Assembly: GCA_030681835.1 (NCBI GenBank)
Contig: JAUXRN010000193.1
Coordinates: 13,506-77,505, forward strand
Length of the DNA stretch: 64,000 bases
Direction of reading: 5' to 3'
Source of the DNA: Actinomycetota bacterium
GTDB lineage: Bacteria; Actinomycetota; Actinomycetes; S36-B12
This document shows, in pieces, positions 59,215 through 64,000 of this stretch. Both the position numbers and the translations under genes were made by a program. A model generated the notes under the pieces. That model was not told the DNA's origin and searched no databases. It saw only the letters and a program-made list of their open reading frames with translations. Position 1 is the stretch's first letter. Every line of letters begins with the position of its first letter.

Positions 59215-59502
59215 ATGCGACGACTGCTGGCAGTCCTGGTGATGTCGTGCGTGGTGGCGGTCGGCATGCCGGTGATGGCTCCGGCCAGTGCGGCGCCGGC
59301 CAGTGCGGCGACGACGCGGTTCACGAGCTGCGACGCGATGCACGAGGTGTACCGGTACGGGATCGCGATGAGCCGGGCGGCCGCGACCCGTGCGGTCAGT
59401 GACGGGATGTACCGGCCGCGCGTGAAGCCGCAGGTGTACGCCGACTCCTACAAGACCCTGGACCGGGACAAGGACGGGGTGATGTGCGAGGTCCCGCGCT
59501 GA
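59215..59502 (+). CDS. Secreted Excalibur calcium-binding domain protein
   Basis: Signal peptide; FTSC...LDRDKDGVMCE (DxDxDGxxCE); perfect 15-nt tandem duplication at 59281-59310. Confidence 0.85.
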   Translation: MRRLLAVLVMSCVVAVGMPVMAPASAAPASAATTRFTSCDAMHEVYRYGIAMSRAAATRAVSDGMYRPRVKPQVYADSYKTLDRDKDGVMCEVPR

Positions 59503-60137
59503 CCTCGCGCGGCCTGGCCGCGGCGCTGGTCGCGGTCCTGGCCATCGCGATCGCCCCGCCCGCCACGGCCGCGCCCGACGGGGTGGACGCTGTCGAGCAG
59601 ATGCTCGAGGCGTTGGCCGTGCAGCCGGAACGCAACCGGGGCTACTCCCGTGACCGGTTCGACGACTGGCACTCCTATGACGGCTGCGACACCCGCGAGA
59701 TCGTGCTGATCCGGGAGGCCCGCGGCGGCACGCGCCGCGGCTGCGTGATGGCCCGGGCAACGTGGTGGTCCTACCTCGACGGGGACACGACCAGGAACCC
59801 GTCCCGCTTCGATATCGACCACACCGTGGCACTGGCCGAGGCGTGGGGCTCGGGGGCGAAGGGGTGGACCCGCGCCCGGCGGGACGCGTTCGCCAACGAC
59901 CTTGGCTACCGGGACTCCCTGATCGCCGTGTCCGCGTCGAGCAACCGCTCGAAAGGCGAGCGGGACCCGGCCGAGTGGATGCCCCCACGAGCAGCCGCTG
60001 ACTGCCGGCTCGTGCAGGCGTGGATCGCGGTGAAGTGGCGCTGGGGACTGTCCATCGACGCCTCCGAGAAGCGAGCCCTGGAGCGTGAACTGGCGGACTG
60101 CGACCGGCTCGTGGTGCCCATCCCGGCGAAGGCGTAG
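59484..60137 (+). CDS. Secreted HNH nuclease (DUF1524-type)
   Basis: Signal peptide; GYSRDRF, CDTREIVL, DIDHTVALAEAW, FANDL, SNRSKG. Confidence 0.88.
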   Translation: MRGPALTSRGLAAALVAVLAIAIAPPATAAPDGVDAVEQMLEALAVQPERNRGYSRDRFDDWHSYDGCDTREIVLIREARGGTRRGCVMARATWWSYLDGDTTRNPSRFDIDHTVALAEAWGSGAKGWTRARRDAFANDLGYRDSLIAVSASSNRSKGERDPAEWMPPRAAADCRLVQAWIAVKWRWGLSIDASEKRALERELADCDRLVVPIPAKA

Positions 60138-60285
60138 CCGCCGGCAGTCACGCGGCCGAACCGGACGACCAGCTGCGTCGCGCATCGCCCGCGACAACCA
60201 ACGCTCCATCGCGCCGGGGTGCAACCGACCCGCGGGTTCACCCGGCCCAGCACCGGCAGGCAGGGAGCGGCAGCGGCTGCCTGCT

Positions 60286-60510
60286 CTACATGGCCCCGAG
60301 CCGTCGGCGGACGGCGCGCAGGCGGAGGTGGCGCAGGACGACGGCGGGTGCGTGGAGCAGGGCGGCGGGGTCGTCGAGGAGTTCGTCGAGGAGCTGGTAG
60401 TAGCGGGCGGGCTCGAGGCCGAAGTGCTCGCGGATGGCCGTGTCCTTGCACTGCAGGTAGGTCCAGGGCCGCCGTTCGAAGTCGAGGATGGCCTGCTGGA
60501 CCCTGGTCAC
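60286..60510 (-). CDS. DUF3263-family protein
   Basis: AILDFERR...KDTAIREHFGLEPARYYQLL...LLDDPAAL. Confidence 0.82.
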   Translation of the reverse strand: MTRVQQAILDFERRPWTYLQCKDTAIREHFGLEPARYYQLLDELLDDPAALLHAPAVVLRHLRLRAVRRRLGAM

Positions 60511-60755
60511 TGGTGCTATCCCTGCTCTCGGTGGCGTCGTCGTGGTGGGATGAGGGCGGGCTGGACCCTCGCGCGCGTTGGGGTGCGGCGAGGACCCAGC
60601 CTCATGGGTTCGGGAGCCGGAGTTGTGCCCGCGTGACGCCCGAACGTCGAACGTATGGCCCCCAGGAAGGCACGGGAATACCTACTGGCCAGTTGTGATG
60701 CACGTCGCATGCAAGTTGCATGACGGCGTTGCATGCCGTGGATACGGTCCGTCGA

Positions 60756-60938
60756 ATGGAGCCGCGGCAGACCCTGGAGTGGGACGTCCTGGAGCACGCT
60801 GACTTCACCTCGTGGCTGGACGGGCTGCGGGCGCAAGGCTGGTACCGGGTGGCTGGGGTGTCCGGGGTGAAGACCTCGCGAGGGACGATCGGATACCTGT
60901 TCCAGTACCTGGAGCCTGCCGTCCAGCGGGGGGCGTGA
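60756..60938 (+). CDS. Small hypothetical protein (EWDVLE paralog 1)
   Basis: TACGGT 7 nt before ATG 60756; similar to 61503-61796. Confidence 0.7.
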   Translation: MEPRQTLEWDVLEHADFTSWLDGLRAQGWYRVAGVSGVKTSRGTIGYLFQYLEPAVQRGA

Positions 60939-60940
60939 GG

Positions 60941-61249
60941 GTGCCGGACAGCGTGACGATCGTCGTGGGTGCGCCGTTCGCGGCCGCGGGGGATGCGGTT
61001 CGGGAGTGGCTGCCGGGGGCGCAGCAGCGCCGCCGGTCGGCGGACCTGGTGGAGTTCTACCGCCCGGGCCGGATCGTGTCCGCGTACTCGGTGGGCGAGA
61101 GCACGCATGTGCACGTGTGGGACCACGAGGGCAGCGACGGGGCGGCGAAGGGCTTGTTGGGGTTCCTCGGGGCGCGCAACTTGGCGGCAGTCCACGAGGA
61201 CGAGGCCGCGCCGGCGGGCGCCGTCGACCTCGACCGGCCGATGGGATGA
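60941..61249 (+). CDS. Hypothetical protein (102 aa)
   Basis: GTG 2 nt after the previous stop; host-like codons. Confidence 0.6.
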   Translation: MPDSVTIVVGAPFAAAGDAVREWLPGAQQRRRSADLVEFYRPGRIVSAYSVGESTHVHVWDHEGSDGAAKGLLGFLGARNLAAVHEDEAAPAGAVDLDRPMG

Positions 61250-61252
61250 CGG

Positions 61253-61366
61253 TTGGGCGGCCGAAAGAGCGGGGGCGAGTGGCTCGTCATCATCATGGGG
61301 GCAGTCGCGCTCATCGGGGTGGTCGCGTTGGCGGTTTACCTCACGGTCGAGCTGGTCATCACGTAG
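61253..61366 (+). CDS. Small single-TM protein (37 aa, absent from ORF track)
   Basis: TTG start, same frame as the previous gene: MGGRKSGGEWLVIIMGAVALIGVVALAVYLTVELVIT. Confidence 0.45.
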   Translation: MGGRKSGGEWLVIIMGAVALIGVVALAVYLTVELVIT

Positions 61367-61502
61367 CCGTGCGCGCGCACCCTGACCGCGGGATCCAGCA
61401 TGCGCAGAACCGGTTGTTACTGGCTAGTTGTGGCGGGTCTCACTTGTCGCAGTCGCGTCGCAGGCCTGTTCGGTTGCCATGCGCGGCGATACGGTGCCGC
61501 GC

Positions 61503-61796
61503 GTGATGCTGCGGCGGTCCTTCGAGTGGGACGTCCTGGAGTGTCCGAGCCCGAACGCCTGGCTTGACGACCTGCGTGACCAGGGCTGGACCAGGGTTCC
61601 CGGCGTGCCTGGGGTCACCACCGACCATGGGACCGTCATCTACGATTTCCGGCACCAGGGCCCCGCCGGCGCAATCGAGCCTGAGCCGGGGACGGCCAGT
61701 CTTCGGTCCCTTGGCTTGCTCCTCGCGGCATGCGCCTTGACCGTCGCGGTCATCGTGGCGGCCGACCTCATCGTCATGGCAATCGTCCAGTCCTGA
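61503..61796 (+). CDS. Small hypothetical protein with C-terminal TM (EWDVLE paralog 2)
   Basis: TACGGT 7 nt before GTG 61503; similar to 60756-60938. Confidence 0.7.
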   Translation: MMLRRSFEWDVLECPSPNAWLDDLRDQGWTRVPGVPGVTTDHGTVIYDFRHQGPAGAIEPEPGTASLRSLGLLLAACALTVAVIVAADLIVMAIVQS

Positions 61797-61942
61797 AGCC
61801 AGCGTGGGCGGACCAGCTCGGGGACAGGAGCGTGCAAGAGCCTCCGAGGGCTCCGTCGCGCGTTCGTCGGATCGCTTGCCCGCAACCGCCGTAGCCTTCG
61901 CGTAGAGGTAGTTGAGCGTCGAACCACTGAGGAGGGACGGGT

Positions 61943-62818
61943 ATGGCTGACGAGCTGCCGGACGGCATTCATCACTTCCCGTCCGACGAATTCCCCCGGG
62001 CGTTGCCGAAGGTGCCGCTCCCTTTCGCGCTCCTGGGCCTGTACCTGTCGCTTTCCGTGCTGTGGATCCTGGTGTCCGATCGAGTGGCGACGGCGGTGTT
62101 CGACGACCACGCGGCAGAGTCCTGGGTCCAGACGGTAAAGGGCATCGGGTTCGTCGTCGTCACCGCGACCGTCATGACACTGGCTGTGGCCACTTACGTC
62201 AGGCGATCAAACGCGGACCGGCAAGCCTTGGAGGACGCCTGGGACGAGACGATCCTGGGATGGGCGCTGGCGATGGATGCCCGGGAGTCGAACCTGGCGC
62301 TGCACTCGCAGCGCGGCGCGGACCTCACGCTGCTGCTGGCCCGGCGCATGAACGTCCCCGACAGGCAGCTGCGCGACCTGTACCGGGGGGCGCTGCTGCA
62401 CGACATCGGGAAGTTCGCGGTCCCCGAGGAGGTCCTGAACTTCCCGGGGCCGTTGAATGACGAGCAGTGGGCGTTGATCCGGCAGCACCCGGACCGCGCC
62501 GTGAGGTTGCTCGCGCCGATCGAGTTCTTACGCGCTGCTATTGATATCCCGCAGAGCCATCACGAGAAGTGGGACGGCAGTGGGTACCCACGTGGGCTGT
62601 CGGGCACGGATATCCCGCTGTGGGCCCGGATCTTCGCGGTTGTCGACGTGTACGACGCGATCACCAGCAAGCGGAGCTATCACGATGGCGCGTCCCACGA
62701 GCGCGCAATGGAGATCATCCGGGCGGACTCCGGCACGCACTTCGACCCCGTCGTCGTCGCCGTCTTCGAGGAACTCATGTCACGCGGCAATCCGCTCGAC
62801 CGCGACGCGATCGGCTGA
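61943..62818 (+). CDS. Membrane-anchored HD-GYP phosphodiesterase
   Basis: Two N-terminal TM; HSQR, LLHDIGK, HHEKWDGSGYP, VDVYDAITS; GGAGG RBS. Confidence 0.92.
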   Translation: MADELPDGIHHFPSDEFPRALPKVPLPFALLGLYLSLSVLWILVSDRVATAVFDDHAAESWVQTVKGIGFVVVTATVMTLAVATYVRRSNADRQALEDAWDETILGWALAMDARESNLALHSQRGADLTLLLARRMNVPDRQLRDLYRGALLHDIGKFAVPEEVLNFPGPLNDEQWALIRQHPDRAVRLLAPIEFLRAAIDIPQSHHEKWDGSGYPRGLSGTDIPLWARIFAVVDVYDAITSKRSYHDGASHERAMEIIRADSGTHFDPVVVAVFEELMSRGNPLDRDAIG

Positions 62819-63072
62819 CCTCCCGTCAGGACCCCCCCGCCAGGACCTCCCGCCGGGACACGATGACGGCCCGCGAGGCGCCAACGGTCCCCGGCCCGGG
62901 TCCGCCACGCCGGCCTGCCATGCGCAGCGGTGCCGACCGCCAGTCACGACGCAGCGCGGGCACGCCGGGCACCGTCACCTCGGGGCAGCTGCGCCCGTTC
63001 GGCGTCCTTACGCGGTCGACGCGGCGGAATTTCGCCGCCCGCCTGCGGCTCGACGCGAATGGCGAGCGCTGT

Positions 63073-63321
63073 TCAGGGCGCCGCCGCGCCGCCGTGGCGA
63101 TCGGAGGCGTGCAGGCAGGTTGCCTCGGCGGGCCATCCCCGGGTCACCAGGTCGATGAACGCGGCGTCCGGATCCGACGCCGACTCCGGCTCCGGCTGGG
63201 CCTGCGTCGTCGGGCCGCGACGCGCCCTGACGACGGCCACCGCGATCATGACGGGGATCCCGATGACCACCCCGATCAGGCCACCGAGCAGCAGTGCTGC
63301 GAGGCCGACGATGATGAGCAT
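63073..63321 (-). CDS. Small membrane protein
   Basis: GGAGGG RBS; hydrophobic N-terminus. Confidence 0.5.
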   Translation of the reverse strand: MLIIVGLAALLLGGLIGVVIGIPVMIAVAVVRARRGPTTQAQPEPESASDPDAAFIDLVTRGWPAEATCLHASDRHGGAAAP

Positions 63322-63382
63322 TGGCTGCCCTCCTTCCCGTCGGGCAGCACCATACCCACAAAATACCTAAATCTGTCAAGGG

Positions 63383-64000
63383 CTAGGCGGGGACGACCTG
63401 GGCGACCTTCGGTGCGTCCTTGACCCATTGGGTGCCGTCGTCGGTGTAGCCGGTGGGCGGGGCGTCCTTCCGGGTCCAGGTGGTGCCGGTGTCGGTGTAC
63501 CCGGCAGGGGTCGCGTCCTTCACGTTGCGAATCCCGGTCGCGGTGTACGCGTCCTGCCGGGTCTGCTCGCAGTGCGGGTTGACCGAGCCGAGGACGGGGT
63601 CGGTGTCCCAGGCGGGGCTCCACCCGGGCGCGCAGGTGGGGCCGGGGCCGCTCTCGCCCGTGCGCACGACGTACGGCGCACCGTACGCGGTGTAGGCGTA
63701 GGACTCCGGGTGATAGGTGTACGCCTTGATGTCGAACGTGTACTGCGTGACGGTCCGGCACAGCTCCCCGTGCGGGGTGCTGCCCGCGGGGCATACGTAG
63801 ATCGTCTTCGTCGCCGGCGCCACCGGTCCAGGCGCGGAGACGGGAGCCGGTGCGGGCGTGGGCGCCGGCGGTGGCGCGGGTGCGGGCGGGCTCGGTGCAG
63901 GGACGACCGGTGGCTCAGGCGCCGTGGGGCCGGCGATGTCGGCGAGGGTGCGGCTCATCGCCGCGGTGCTGGCCCGCCCGGTGCTGGCGGCGTTGCGGGG
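63383..64000 (-). CDS. Pro-rich, Cys-containing protein with short repeats; 5' end probably outside window
   Basis: Frame open to window end; (PA)n linker, YVCPAG, KDAxPxGYTDxGTxW twice. Confidence 0.65.
   Translation of the reverse strand, partial: PRNAASTGRASTAAMSRTLADIAGPTAPEPPVVPAPSPPAPAPPPAPTPAPAPVSAPGPVAPATKTIYVCPAGSTPHGELCRTVTQYTFDIKAYTYHPESYAYTAYGAPYVVRTGESGPGPTCAPGWSPAWDTDPVLGSVNPHCEQTRQDAYTATGIRNVKDATPAGYTDTGTTWTRKDAPPTGYTDDGTQWVKDAPKVAQVVPA

Larger units (their letters stand above)
47211..64000. mobile_element. Integrative element / genomic island at tRNA-Thr(CGT); far boundary not seen
   Basis: Integrase and excisionase next to the tRNA 3' end, arm-type repeats, loss of core genes, hypothetical/accessory content. 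Confidence 0.85.

Overview
High-GC actinobacterial chromosomal segment in two parts. (1) About 1-47.2 kb is the conserved actinobacterial core block: metallophosphoesterase, GatB/YqeY, class A PBP, whiB4/wblA, paired ArsA-like ATPases, DUF4177, RidA, NUDIX, MBL hydrolase, crp, nth, marP, nhaA, acs, Fic-like, HAD, ssd-tadABC-pilin cluster, DEAD/H helicase, bldG-like anti-anti-sigma, membrane PPase, topA, tmk, holB and tRNA-Thr(CGT), with several accessory genes interspersed. (2) From the 3' end of tRNA-Thr to the window end is an integrated element: tyrosine integrase, excisionase, regulators, a pentapeptide-repeat protein, DUF4192, a Schlafen/AlbA_2 protein, a secreted HNH nuclease with an Excalibur protein, and HD-GYP; its far end is not in the window. 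The two most interesting signals are (a) an AbiEi-like/Vsr-like (DUF559) nuclease gene inserted in the core and bracketed by 62-bp inverted, self-folding REP-like palindromes, with a similar-sized solo palindrome about 23 kb away; and (b) a bipartite ECF-type promoter-like motif, TG(C/T)GT(C/G)-N14/15-ATCGCGT, upstream of three island transcription units, next to an ORF with a degenerate sigma-70 region-2-like signature. All family calls come from motif recognition by eye; no searches were run.
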